64,000 nucleotides of DNA from an uncultured Poribacteria bacterium (GTDB taxonomy: Bacteria; Poribacteria; WGA-4E; WGA-3G): NCBI GenBank assembly GCA_958296135.2, contig CATQHZ020000001.1, positions 4,064,001 through 4,128,000 of the forward strand, read 5' to 3'. Shown here one piece after another: positions 39,987 through 50,819 of the stretch. Both the position numbers and the translations under genes were made by a program. The notes beneath the pieces were generated by a model. That model had not been told where the DNA came from and did no database searches. It was given only the letters and a program-made list of their open reading frames with translations. The number at the start of each line of letters is the position of its first letter. The stretch's first letter is position 1.

Positions 39987-41006
39987 CTATCGCTCTCCTA
40001 CCTCCGTCCGATAGTGAATCGTCAGCAACGGACGCAGCAGTTCATCGGGATGCTCTTTGGAAGCAAACACAACCTCACCCTCGCCATCCTGCAGGGCGAA
40101 AAGGTAACCGTAGTTGTAATCCGGGTTCGCCACCCAAAACCGCACTGCCTCGGTGATATGTTCACCTGTCCAAGTGTATCGTTTGCCGCCCTCCGTAATC
40201 TCAGCCGTGCTATCCACGCGATGCGCCACATCTTCGGAACCGTTGTAATCACTCTCCTTGTCCCCGTTTATCCCCGCCAGCATCGCTTGCGCGGGCGGTT
40301 TATTCCACGGCAGGTTGCGGTGCAGCGCGCTGTTGTAGGTGAGTTCGTTTTCCGCTGCCGGCGACGAAGTGCCTCTTCCTTCGCGCCACGGCAGCAGCAC
40401 GCGTCGGAGCACCACGGTCGCCGCGTCTTCACACCGCTGTGCATGGAGACTTAACGTCGCTCCCAAAACTTGCGCCGGCCGTTCAATGCCCATATCCGCG
40501 AACGCCTCAAACAACTCAAAGGCGACGAAGAAGACACCGCCTGTTGCGGTGCAGCGCAAATTCAGTTCCGCACCTGAATTATAGTTGCGCGTCTCTCTGT
40601 CTTTCGTCACGATGAGGCTGGTATCCTGCAGCGTCGAAAATGTGACAGCTTCGCCTGCGCCGAAAGTTATCTCGTTCTCCACCGGAAGTGTGACAACTAT
40701 TCCTGCTAACCCCGCCCCTTTTTGCAAAAGGGTATACGCTTTTCCCACTTCCAACGGCGTGGTGAACAGCATCACGCGAGTCCCGCGTGTATCTAGCAGG
40801 GCACTTTCTACCTGGATACCCGGCGCAATCTGATAATTAGCAACGTTTTCCGCGGTTTCTGCTTCAAGTTGGCCATCAAATTGTAACTGAATTGCGGTTC
40901 GAGAGAGCGGTGCCGCCTTCAAGAATTTTGGTATTTCTGCCCAATTGTCTGCCAAGAAAAGCAGGAAGCATAGAACGGCCGCGCCCACACCTTTAAAAAC
41001 CTTCAA
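39987..41006 (-). CDS. Secreted Ig-like + DNRLRE-like domain protein
   Basis: Signal peptide; DT......N....ATLSL...PWREG...ITEAV..W..NP..NYG...FASKE....RPLL pattern. Confidence 0.7.
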   Translation of the reverse strand: MKVFKGVGAAVLCFLLFLADNWAEIPKFLKAAPLSRTAIQLQFDGQLEAETAENVANYQIAPGIQVESALLDTRGTRVMLFTTPLEVGKAYTLLQKGAGLAGIVVTLPVENEITFGAGEAVTFSTLQDTSLIVTKDRETRNYNSGAELNLRCTATGGVFFVAFELFEAFADMGIERPAQVLGATLSLHAQRCEDAATVVLRRVLLPWREGRGTSSPAAENELTYNSALHRNLPWNKPPAQAMLAGINGDKESDYNGSEDVAHRVDSTAEITEGGKRYTWTGEHITEAVRFWVANPDYNYGYLFALQDGEGEVVFASKEHPDELLRPLLTIHYRTEVGER

Positions 41007-41077
41007 AATACGCCTCCAAAACGGGCAGATATAGCCATCCGCCCTTACCTGACGAAATGCACGCTAGCAAAGCATGC

Positions 41078-42403
41078 CTACCGGTGTTCTACATCCATCG
41101 TGATAAAAACGGCATTCAACACCTCCCGCTCACGCCGGCCAGAAGGTTTGTTGACAACGTCATCGTTAACGAAAAAGGTGCTAGACGAACCGCCATCAAG
41201 ATTAATCGCCTCGGTCGCGCCGAGTTCCAGCAAGATGCCGGCCAGCTCGTGGAGCGTCAATCCAGTACTATACCGCGGCTGCCGCCCATCGGCGACGACT
41301 AAAAACAGCGTATCCGCGTTGTAACCGAGGGCGGTGCGCGGCTCATGACTCAGATTGAGCACCGATGTCCGCCTACCGGGACGATGCTCCTTTTCGGCCC
41401 GGTGCATCTCCACAAGCGTCGGATGTATCTGGCCGCTCTTGAGGAGTCGGAGCCGGCCGCCAATCGCATGGCGCGCTTGATGCCACACCGGCGGCGAGAG
41501 CGTGAACGTCATCGTGCATGCCACACCCGCCCCGAATTCGGAGACAGGCGGTGTCTGCACACGTGAACTTACCCAGAGAACCGCTCCATCTCGCGGAATC
41601 GCGCTGTCCCCATCTCTCGTCACGCCGCTCACACGATAAGGATAAGGCTCGCGCGGCACAGGCCCTCGCGCGACATGCCATGGGCCGGTTAAAGATTGAG
41701 CAGCACCGGTAAGAATCACCTCTTGCCCACGGCGACGGTTGGTGCGCGTCGATGCTCCCATCCGCGGCGTGTAAAGCGTCACCTCGCACCCATCTAGTCG
41801 CCGCTGGTTGATGCATCCGAGCGGCAATGTGTGCGTGCCTATCATCACACTAGCTCGCATCTCAACGGGGCCACTGAGAAATTCGCCGGAGTCGGTTACA
41901 CCAAAACAGGCATCGGCATCCGTCGGCTGCGTCATGAGCTCGCCATCTTGGATGTGTAAATTCTCTAATACGCCGCCGTACCCGCGCATGTCGCCGAGCA
42001 CGCCGAAGCCACCGTTAACCGCAACAAGGACACGCCTATCCCCGCGTCGCATGCGACGCTTTGCCATTGCGCGAACCGTCTCTTTCCCCAAAATCTGTGA
42101 ATTTGCAAGAGATACCTCAAAATGCAACAGCGGTTGATGCCGAGACATCTCCGCCACGTATAGCACGCACGTCTCAGCATCCCAGTCATAACGATAGAGC
42201 CGGAGCCCAGGCGACAATTCGGCCGGAAATAACGCCGTTTTCTTCCCACCGGCTTGCACGAAGACCGCGGGCAAGAGTAGGAAGCAAAGGAGGCACCCTA
42301 TCAAGTTTTTTGTATGCCGCAATGCATTCGGATAGGCATTCGGATAGGCATTCTGTGATGAGAACACGGCTTTACGTCCTCCATCATTACTCTGACAAAG
42401 CAT
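41078..42403 (-). CDS. Phosphodiester glycosidase (NAGPA) family protein
   Basis: AVNGGF, PRTALG, VADGRQ, AINLDGGSSS; true start probably downstream of 42403. Confidence 0.88.
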   Translation of the reverse strand: MLCQSNDGGRKAVFSSQNAYPNAYPNALRHTKNLIGCLLCFLLLPAVFVQAGGKKTALFPAELSPGLRLYRYDWDAETCVLYVAEMSRHQPLLHFEVSLANSQILGKETVRAMAKRRMRRGDRRVLVAVNGGFGVLGDMRGYGGVLENLHIQDGELMTQPTDADACFGVTDSGEFLSGPVEMRASVMIGTHTLPLGCINQRRLDGCEVTLYTPRMGASTRTNRRRGQEVILTGAAQSLTGPWHVARGPVPREPYPYRVSGVTRDGDSAIPRDGAVLWVSSRVQTPPVSEFGAGVACTMTFTLSPPVWHQARHAIGGRLRLLKSGQIHPTLVEMHRAEKEHRPGRRTSVLNLSHEPRTALGYNADTLFLVVADGRQPRYSTGLTLHELAGILLELGATEAINLDGGSSSTFFVNDDVVNKPSGRREREVLNAVFITMDVEHR

Positions 42404-42438
42404 CTCGCCTGTCTTGATAGGCGTGCCCTTGACGATGA

Positions 42439-42816
42439 CTACGTCTCTTGAGATATTTCGCCTTTTGTCCGCCGAATTTGAACGGCGAAATAGGCAATCG
42501 GATGTTCTACCGGTGGATGAAGTTTCTTGACGGTGAGCACCACTTCATCCACCGCGAACTGTGCCAGAATAGCCATCGCTATCGTCTCAGCGAGTGCCTC
42601 AACGAGTTGAAACGACTGACGCGTGCCGATATTGACGATGAGTGCCACCACCTCAGCATAGTCAATCGTTTCAGTAAGCGCGTCGGTTTGGCAGGCTGCC
42701 TCAAGCGAACAGCCTAACGTTGCGTTGATTTCATAATGCCCACCCACCTGCCGTTCCGCTTTGGGAACACCGTGGTGGCCGTGAAATCGGATGCCTTTGA
42801 GGATAATTTTGTCCAT
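42439..42816 (-). CDS. folB: Dihydroneopterin aldolase
   Basis: FHGHHGV..ER, TIDYAEV, LVEALAE, VKK. Confidence 0.93.
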   Translation of the reverse strand: MDKIILKGIRFHGHHGVPKAERQVGGHYEINATLGCSLEAACQTDALTETIDYAEVVALIVNIGTRQSFQLVEALAETIAMAILAQFAVDEVVLTVKKLHPPVEHPIAYFAVQIRRTKGEISQET

Positions 42817-42880
42817 TGAAAACAAGAACCTTGGGCAGCGCAAGCGGCTATGTATTCACGACATCCGCCTTGAAGAAAGG

Positions 42881-43498
42881 CTACTCTTCAGCAATCTCAC
42901 CGACGGTATGGCCGGGCTCAACCAGGTCGCGAATCTGTTTTCCATTCTTGCCACCGGTGTAATCAATAGCACGGATTTTCCAGCTCTTGTCCTGTTTTCT
43001 CAGCGTGGAAATGAGATTGCCCTGCTGATTGCCCCACGCGTACTCGCCGCGCAAAACGGCATCCTTCCCGCGGCCATCAATAGCGATGAAGGTGATGTCC
43101 ACGTTCATCTTCCCGCCGCGCAGCCGGAAAATACCGTCCCACGCTTTCTGCACCGCATTCCAACCGTCATTTCTCTCAAAAGTGCCGGCCCAAAAGGTCC
43201 ACGCGGTAAAAACTTCGTCCTCCTGCTTCTCGCTTTTGAACCACGTGTCGCCTAGCGTGTCAACATCCTGGTCGCCGTGGGCGATGGCGTAGACTTCGTA
43301 AAGCGCGCGAATCGCATCCTCCTCAACAGCGAAGTCAATATTCCTTTCAATAGTCCCAGCCGGTTCCGAAGATTGCGACGGAGTTGCCGTTGGAGTTTGC
43401 GTTTGCGGTGCTTCCGTCTCCGCATCGTCGCCGCCACACGCCATCAGCCCAGCAGCAAGCAAGACGATCAGGAAATAACAAATCGCTTTCGGTTTCAT
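42881..43498 (-). CDS. Lipoprotein with NTF2-like domain
   Basis: Lipobox LMAC; NTF2-like pattern ending WKIR. Confidence 0.7.
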   Translation of the reverse strand: MKPKAICYFLIVLLAAGLMACGGDDAETEAPQTQTPTATPSQSSEPAGTIERNIDFAVEEDAIRALYEVYAIAHGDQDVDTLGDTWFKSEKQEDEVFTAWTFWAGTFERNDGWNAVQKAWDGIFRLRGGKMNVDITFIAIDGRGKDAVLRGEYAWGNQQGNLISTLRKQDKSWKIRAIDYTGGKNGKQIRDLVEPGHTVGEIAEE

Positions 43499-43613
43499 AC
43501 GTATCTCCTCCGTTCAAGGTAATAAACTAGCACTATTTTAGCAGGTAGCGCGATAAAAGTCAAGGGGAAATTTTAATGTCGCTCGTCTTAAAAACGATTT
43601 TGTGGTATAATCA

Positions 43614-43772
43614 TTGCAAAAGGCATCGCGACCGGATAAGGATTAAGAACATAATCGGGTAATTTTTGACCGGCGGGCGGCCAGAGACATCCGCGGCTCC
43701 ACCGCGGCCCGCTCCGGAACATTGCCCGATGAAATCCTGAAACTTCACGAAGTCGCGCCTACCTACTTGCAA
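43614..43772 (+). ncRNA. Candidate rod-shaped RNA (6S-like, or structured moaDE leader)
   Basis: Follows TGTGGTATAAT (43601-43611); nested stems separated by bubbles. Confidence 0.4.
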
Positions 43773-43784
43773 AGGAGTACCGGA

Positions 43785-44039
43785 ATGAACGTTACAGTCA
43801 AATACTTCGCTGTCTGCCACGAGATGCTAGACAGAACCGAGGAAGAGATGCACCTCCCCGAAGGTGCCACCGTCAAAACCATTTTGAAACGGCTTGAGGA
43901 AGAATGGCCGGAAATCGCCGAGTTTTACGAGGTGATGCAGATGTCTGTCAACTGGGAATATGCCACCGAGAATACGGAACTCGCCGATGGCGATGAAGTC
44001 GCGCTAATTCCACCAGTGACAGGAGGCACTGATGTTTAA
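43785..44039 (+). CDS. moaD: Molybdopterin synthase sulfur carrier subunit
   Basis: VTVKYFA, SVNWEY, GDEVALIPPVTGG followed by a TDV tail; AGGAG RBS. Confidence 0.9.
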   Translation: MNVTVKYFAVCHEMLDRTEEEMHLPEGATVKTILKRLEEEWPEIAEFYEVMQMSVNWEYATENTELADGDEVALIPPVTGGTDV

Positions 44040-44478
44040 GATAACCACCGAAGTCATTACCGGAACGGAAGTTCGAGAAGCGGTAGAGGGCCCTGATGCC
44101 GGCGCAATCGTCGTGTTCCTCGGCACCGTGCGGAATAACACCGATGGCAGACCGGTGACTTGCCTCGAATACGAGGCTTATCCGCCGATGGCGGAGAAAA
44201 AAATGGCGGAAATCGCCCAAGAAATCGCGCAAAAATGGGGCGAATGCCTTCGCGTCGCCATGATTCACCGCACCGGAAAATTGGAAATCGGCGAGGTGAG
44301 CGTCGCTGTCGCTGTCGCTTCGCCGCACCGAAAAGACGGGTTCAAAGCATGCCAATACGCCATGAATCGCCTCAAGCAGATTGTGCCTATCTGGAAGCGC
44401 GAAGTGTGGGCCGATGGGGAAGCGGAATGGGTGAAGCCGGACGCGGTTTTCTTTGACGCACCCCAGCCGCGCGCCTAA
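44032..44478 (+). CDS. moaE: Molybdopterin synthase catalytic subunit
   Basis: GAIVVFLGTVR, YEAY, HRTG, SPHR, PIWKRE. Confidence 0.95.
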   Translation: MFKITTEVITGTEVREAVEGPDAGAIVVFLGTVRNNTDGRPVTCLEYEAYPPMAEKKMAEIAQEIAQKWGECLRVAMIHRTGKLEIGEVSVAVAVASPHRKDGFKACQYAMNRLKQIVPIWKREVWADGEAEWVKPDAVFFDAPQPRA

Positions 44479-44590
44479 TCCCAGGGGAATGCGGAATAAC
44501 AGACCCGAGACAAATCAAATTAATTTGGTACCCGCAAAGAGCGCGCTTGCCAAGCGCGCCGCACGGGGTTTGTTGTGCTAACACGCACGC

Positions 44591-45343
44591 TTATGAGGTT
44601 TGTTCTGCGACGCAGCGTCTAATGTAAGGGACATCGTCTGCCCACAAACCTTCAATTTGTGCAGACAGTGCCCATTTGACATCCCGCGGCGTGAGGATAA
44701 ACCCGGCTTCCACGGCGATGCCTTTCGCTTTGAGTTGCGCCATCTTGCACCGAATGGAACCGGTGAAGGGTTTAAAGTGATTCACTTGCATCCACCCCAA
44801 GACGATGCGGTTTGCGTCAATCGCGGTTGCTGCCTTGAGGAAATCCGCCATTGGGTTGATGAGAATCGCGCTCGTCTGAAGTTTCGGTTCTAACTTTTTT
44901 GCCCGAACGAGCAGCTGCTTCCGAAAGTAGAAAGTGAGGATGCCCACCAGATCGACTACCTCAAAGCGTCGGATGCGTTCCACGATGATATTGAGCAGTT
45001 CGTCTGAATCGGATTTCGGTTCAATGAAGCACGGGAATTGGTGTTCGCGTGTCAACCGAAGCGCGTCGTCGAGGTGAGCAATCGGTTCGTCCGAATCCTC
45101 CACAGTCAACTGCTGCACCTCTTTCCAGCTGAGCGCGCTGAGCGGCGTTGTACCCCCGACGGCTTTCTGAATGCTGTCCTTGTTGAAATCGACGTGAATG
45201 AGGACCGGCTCCTTGTCTCTCGTGAGGCAGACATCGCATTCATAGCCATCCGCGCCATCGGCAAGGGCTTGTTTAAAGGCGGCGAGGGTGTTTTCGGGCG
45301 CGCGGCCCATTCCGCCGCGATGCGCTAGTAATTGCATCTTCAT
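44591..45343 (-). CDS. Glycerophosphodiester phosphodiesterase family
   Basis: AHRG..APENTLAAF, ECDV.LTRD...H. Confidence 0.9.
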   Translation of the reverse strand: MKMQLLAHRGGMGRAPENTLAAFKQALADGADGYECDVCLTRDKEPVLIHVDFNKDSIQKAVGGTTPLSALSWKEVQQLTVEDSDEPIAHLDDALRLTREHQFPCFIEPKSDSDELLNIIVERIRRFEVVDLVGILTFYFRKQLLVRAKKLEPKLQTSAILINPMADFLKAATAIDANRIVLGWMQVNHFKPFTGSIRCKMAQLKAKGIAVEAGFILTPRDVKWALSAQIEGLWADDVPYIRRCVAEQTS

Positions 45344-45404
45344 GGCTTGGTTGTCACACAACTCTGGCGCGCTTTGGAAGCGCGCCTACCGGATTAGGAC
45401 TGTG

Positions 45405-46130
45405 TCACGCCTTCTTGTGCCACATCCGCTCAAAATTATCCTGCGGGGTGAACCCTAAGACGCGCTTCGTCTTGAGGTTGGAGAACTGCTGATGCGGCAG
45501 ATCGGCGAAGATGTTGAAAATTTCGCAGCGCGAGGGCAATTCCGCCAAATCGATTTCCAATCCCAACCGAAACGCTTCGCCGGCATCACGCCAACTCACG
45601 GAAAACGGATTGAGATCGGTGCCTTCCGCCGCGTCGTCATCCTCTCGGAAACTGAGGAAGAGGTAGCAAAGCACGTAAATATCGTAATGTTCGGTGAAGA
45701 CTTTGCAGATTTCCTGTCCGAGCCCCTTCGTCAACGGGTAGAGCCCGGTGCTAGTGTGCGGCGGGACATCCGGGTTAATCTCGTAGTCGTAATGGGTATA
45801 GTCGTCGCCCTGAATTGTGAAGTGAGGGCCGGTGTTAATGACGCGGCGGATGCCGTGCTCAACGGCGGCGCGCATTGTGTTATAACATCCGCGCGTGCTG
45901 ACATCGAACGCTAGCTGCCGGTCAGCGCGGAGGACGGAGCAGTTCAGAATTGCGTCCATTCCCTCCGCGGCACGCATCACGTCGTCCAACGAACTAACAT
46001 CAATGTGCATCGATTCATGTGGTGTATCAATGTCGTTGATGTCCGTGACGCGCAGGGTGTAGTAAGGCTCTAACGCCTTGACGACGTGCGGTCCGAGGTA
46101 GCCGTTGCCGCCTAAAATAAGAACCTTCAT
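45405..46130 (-). CDS. NAD-dependent epimerase/dehydratase (uronate dehydrogenase-like)
   Basis: GGNGYLG, YPLTK. Confidence 0.85.
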   Translation of the reverse strand: MKVLILGGNGYLGPHVVKALEPYYTLRVTDINDIDTPHESMHIDVSSLDDVMRAAEGMDAILNCSVLRADRQLAFDVSTRGCYNTMRAAVEHGIRRVINTGPHFTIQGDDYTHYDYEINPDVPPHTSTGLYPLTKGLGQEICKVFTEHYDIYVLCYLFLSFREDDDAAEGTDLNPFSVSWRDAGEAFRLGLEIDLAELPSRCEIFNIFADLPHQQFSNLKTKRVLGFTPQDNFERMWHKKA

Positions 46131-46246
46131 GATGAATTGCCTCCTATTGTCAGCATTGATGCAAATTCCTGTTCTCTAGTCAGCGCGCTGAGACTGGAAC
46201 CGTTGCTGTTTCAAACCGCGCCTACCGAGCCAAGTCTGCATTGATG

Positions 46247-46960
46247 CTATTGTGCTGGAACGAATTGCGGCTTGAACTTGAGATGTCCCTTCGCTTTGTC
46301 GCTCGAAAAACGGGAGCCGGGGAACTCGGATTGAATATGAAAGATGCCCCATTGCGATGGGGATGCCAGCGCGCCTTGGATAGCGGAGATGGCATCGTTC
46401 ATCTCAAGCCATAGGGAATCAAACCCAATAGACGCGTTCGCTGCGTTAACGAGATTGCCGAGTCGCAGGCAGGTGACGCTGAGTTTCCGTTCCCGCGCGA
46501 ATTCCCTGCAGGTGAATTCACCGAGGTGCTTGGAAAGCACAAAACCGTCCACGGATGGCCGGGGCCGCCAACTCTCCGTAACAGTCCAGTCTTCGCCGTG
46601 TTGCTCAAAGAGACGCAGGGTGCTGACGTAAATGACGTGCTTCACGCCTTCCGCCGCTGCCGCCATGAGGAGGTTGTAGGTGCAGCGCGTCTGATAGTCA
46701 ATAGCGTAGTTCTCCGGCTGCGCTGCTTTTGCCAAAAGTGCCGCGGGGATTTCGGCGATGTGGACGATGGCATCCATGCCGCGCACCAATTCGTTCGTGG
46801 ATGCGTCATGTCCCAATTCGCTTTCCACAAACTCCGAATCCGGTGGAAAGGCAGTTTCAACCGCATGCAACTCTGTTAAACGGAGCGTGTGTGATTCGGC
46901 GAGGGATGCTGCCAATCGGCGCGCCAATTCAGAACCTGCCGAGGTAATCAATATGTTCAT
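46247..46960 (-). CDS. NAD-dependent epimerase/dehydratase-like, degenerate motifs
   Basis: SDR-like fold, but TSAGSELA and FVLSK replace GxxGxxG and YxxxK. Confidence 0.75.
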   Translation of the reverse strand: MNILITSAGSELARRLAASLAESHTLRLTELHAVETAFPPDSEFVESELGHDASTNELVRGMDAIVHIAEIPAALLAKAAQPENYAIDYQTRCTYNLLMAAAAEGVKHVIYVSTLRLFEQHGEDWTVTESWRPRPSVDGFVLSKHLGEFTCREFARERKLSVTCLRLGNLVNAANASIGFDSLWLEMNDAISAIQGALASPSQWGIFHIQSEFPGSRFSSDKAKGHLKFKPQFVPAQ

Positions 46961-46966
46961 GGCTTC

Positions 46967-47404
46967 TCAAGCCTCCTGGGCCGCTCGAATTTTCGCCGCG
47001 ACGTTACCGATCTCTTCCAAATCGCCTTCACTGGGCTGCCACGGGAGTCGCAGCGGGTCCGCGGCCCAGCGCGGGATAAGATGCAGATGGAAATGGAAAA
47101 TGGTCTGGAACGCTGCAGGCTCGTTTGACTGAAAGAGGTTCAGCCCGTCTGGGTTTAATGCCTTCCGCACCGCTGTAGCGAGTGGGATGGCAGCTTCCAT
47201 AATTTTTCCGCCGACTTCCGGCGGCATATCAAAAATGTTTCGGTAATGTTGCTTCGGGATGACGAGAGTATGTCCTGGGTTGGCGGGCGCGATGTCCATA
47301 AACGCCAAGACGTGCTCGTCTTCATAGACTTTGGTTGCGGGGATTTTCCCTGCAACAATCGCACAAAAGATACAATCCATCGGTTTATTTCCTTCTATAG
47401 TCAT
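46967..47404 (-). CDS. HIT family hydrolase
   Basis: DCIFC, GHTLVIPK, FHFHLHLIPR. Confidence 0.95.
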   Translation of the reverse strand: MTIEGNKPMDCIFCAIVAGKIPATKVYEDEHVLAFMDIAPANPGHTLVIPKQHYRNIFDMPPEVGGKIMEAAIPLATAVRKALNPDGLNLFQSNEPAAFQTIFHFHLHLIPRWAADPLRLPWQPSEGDLEEIGNVAAKIRAAQEA

Positions 47405-47556
47405 TTCTCAAATGTATTTTAGCAAATTTGGAAGAGAAAATCAATGTTAAAAAGATTTGCGTTTTTCATAGGATTTGTGATAAAATATATTACGCTTGTA
47501 GTTCGCCGATGGCACGCGCGTATGTCACAAAGCGGCGCGTTAACTCTACTGTAACT

Positions 47557-48895
<1,339 letters not shown>

Positions 48896-48993
48896 CCATT
48901 CCTTGAGTGCGGGAGACAGGCCCCGCGCTACGTTCCAGGAGCACATCAGGCTGTAGGGAAACCAGCTCGCCCGATACGGACCTGTTTCGGACA

Positions 48994-50712
48994 TCATTTC
49001 ACAATGAGCATCTTCCGCGTTGCCGCGAAATCCCCCGCCTGCAGCGTATAGAAATACACCCCGCTTGCAACCCGCTCGCCGACTTCATTCCTGCCATCCC
49101 AATACGCCGCACGGCTCCGACTGTCATAACTCCCTGCACGCTGATGTCCGAGGGCCAACGTCCGTACCACCGCACCGTTCGCCGCGTAAATTGTCACCGT
49201 CACCTCGGCAGGGGTTGCCAACTGATAGGGTATCCACGTTTCTGGGTTGAACGGATTCGGGTAATTGGACAAAAGTGCAGTTGCTTTCGGCGTAAGCGCG
49301 GCCAAAATATGTTGCAGGAAGCGGATGCCCCGCTGTGATGCTGGAGCTATCAGAGCCACCTGTTGAGCTTGCGTCACCCACCGCTGCACGTCTGCCGCGG
49401 CGAGTGTCTCAAGAGCACTTCCAGGGATGGCGGGCGCACCCGCGCTAGCCCCTATTGCACTTGCTACCAAAACAAGATCTGCGATATCAACAATACCGTC
49501 ATCGTTGACATCCGCATGCTCATCCTGCTGTCCAAATAGCGAGGCAATCATCACGAGATCTTGAATATTCACAACGCTATCCCTATTCACATCGCCCGCA
49601 ACTGCGGGTCCTGCAGGTCCCGAAGGTACTACCTCTCCATTCTTAATACGCGTGAACGTCCGGTGCCCTTCCGCATTAATCAGGATGATTGGCGAGATTT
49701 CCAATACAGATGCTTCCCGATGGAGAACAAGGAAAGTTAAGGCTGCAAGCGTGCCATCCCCGCTACTTGCTCCACCAAGGGATGTCGCTGCAATCGTCAC
49801 TTCATCGGTATTCCATTCAACGTTTTCAGCGATACTCGGCGGGACAATGAAAGCATCTGGCAGAAAATCGCCTGGCTCACTCCTCAGAAAGTGGAGGATA
49901 CGATAATTAAACCGTATTGTTGCTTCATAGCCGACAATCTCTCTCGCCTCTGCAATCTGCAAATTCAACGTCAAGGATTCGCCCACGTTGGGAAGTTCCA
50001 CTGGTGATGGCAACAGAGAAACTAACGCCGCCGTGTCTAGCTCCTCGCTTATCCCCTCAGCAGTTACATCTCCCTCAACACCAACATACACAGTCCAATG
50101 CCCATAGGTATTATTCACTTTTACGAGCAAGAGATTGTCACCTGCCACCAGATTAATCGGGAAGGTTTCTTGAAAATCGGTCGCTCCCCGAAATGCCGGA
50201 TTGTTATGAACAACGGTGCCATTGAGCCAGATCTTAACCATATCATCGCTGCCCACATGCATAAGAGCAGCCCGCGCGGTGTCAGATCGCAGCGTGATTA
50301 AGCCATAAAAAGCGTGGTTGTCTGTCAGCACGGCATAGGACGGATCGCCAGCCAAGTGCGCCCTCGTCACACCTGATTGTTTAACGAGTTTATTGATGTT
50401 ATTCCCCAAACTCCCCGTATGACTATCATCAACAAGGACGCCCGGCTGCCATGCATAGTTGCCGACAACATCGCCGGGTTCAGCCCCATTCACCGCCACA
50501 TCAGCTTCTGTCACGGCACCACCGCTCGCAACAGCGAGCGAATCAATGTTCGTTATCCGCTCAAACTCCTGACCTTCATGCCACATTTCATTAGTGGGAG
50601 CAATGATCCAGAGCCACGGCCCCGTAATTTTCTCTGGTGTTTGGGCGTGTGCCAGCGGTGTTAACGCTAACACGATGAACGCGAGCCCTATCAAAAACAG
50701 TTTCTTGGACAT
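48994..50712 (-). CDS. Secreted cohesin + dockerin + FlgD-Ig/T9SS-like C-terminal domain protein
   Basis: Signal peptide, GSDD..KIWLNG domain, cohesin-like segment, GDVNRD..NIQDL/DVNDDG..DIADL, NYPNPFNPETWIPY tail. Confidence 0.85.
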   Translation of the reverse strand: MSKKLFLIGLAFIVLALTPLAHAQTPEKITGPWLWIIAPTNEMWHEGQEFERITNIDSLAVASGGAVTEADVAVNGAEPGDVVGNYAWQPGVLVDDSHTGSLGNNINKLVKQSGVTRAHLAGDPSYAVLTDNHAFYGLITLRSDTARAALMHVGSDDMVKIWLNGTVVHNNPAFRGATDFQETFPINLVAGDNLLLVKVNNTYGHWTVYVGVEGDVTAEGISEELDTAALVSLLPSPVELPNVGESLTLNLQIAEAREIVGYEATIRFNYRILHFLRSEPGDFLPDAFIVPPSIAENVEWNTDEVTIAATSLGGASSGDGTLAALTFLVLHREASVLEISPIILINAEGHRTFTRIKNGEVVPSGPAGPAVAGDVNRDSVVNIQDLVMIASLFGQQDEHADVNDDGIVDIADLVLVASAIGASAGAPAIPGSALETLAAADVQRWVTQAQQVALIAPASQRGIRFLQHILAALTPKATALLSNYPNPFNPETWIPYQLATPAEVTVTIYAANGAVVRTLALGHQRAGSYDSRSRAAYWDGRNEVGERVASGVYFYTLQAGDFAATRKMLIVK

Positions 50713-50819
50713 AAAACTCTCCTTATGTTATCAAAGTTATTTCGTTTCTCCGATGCACCGCTTTTCGCAGGGCCCGACACTCGGCGAGGGACGGGCCCTC
50801 GCCCTACAGTCGTCATCAG

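Noticed and set aside
43614-43772. Canonical Moco riboswitch
   Set aside because: Conserved Moco motif sequences were not recognised; kept only as an unassigned structure
44021-44040. prfB-like programmed +1 frameshift joining moaD and moaE
   Set aside because: AGGAGG is correctly spaced as the moaE RBS, and GTT-TAA is not a known shift site
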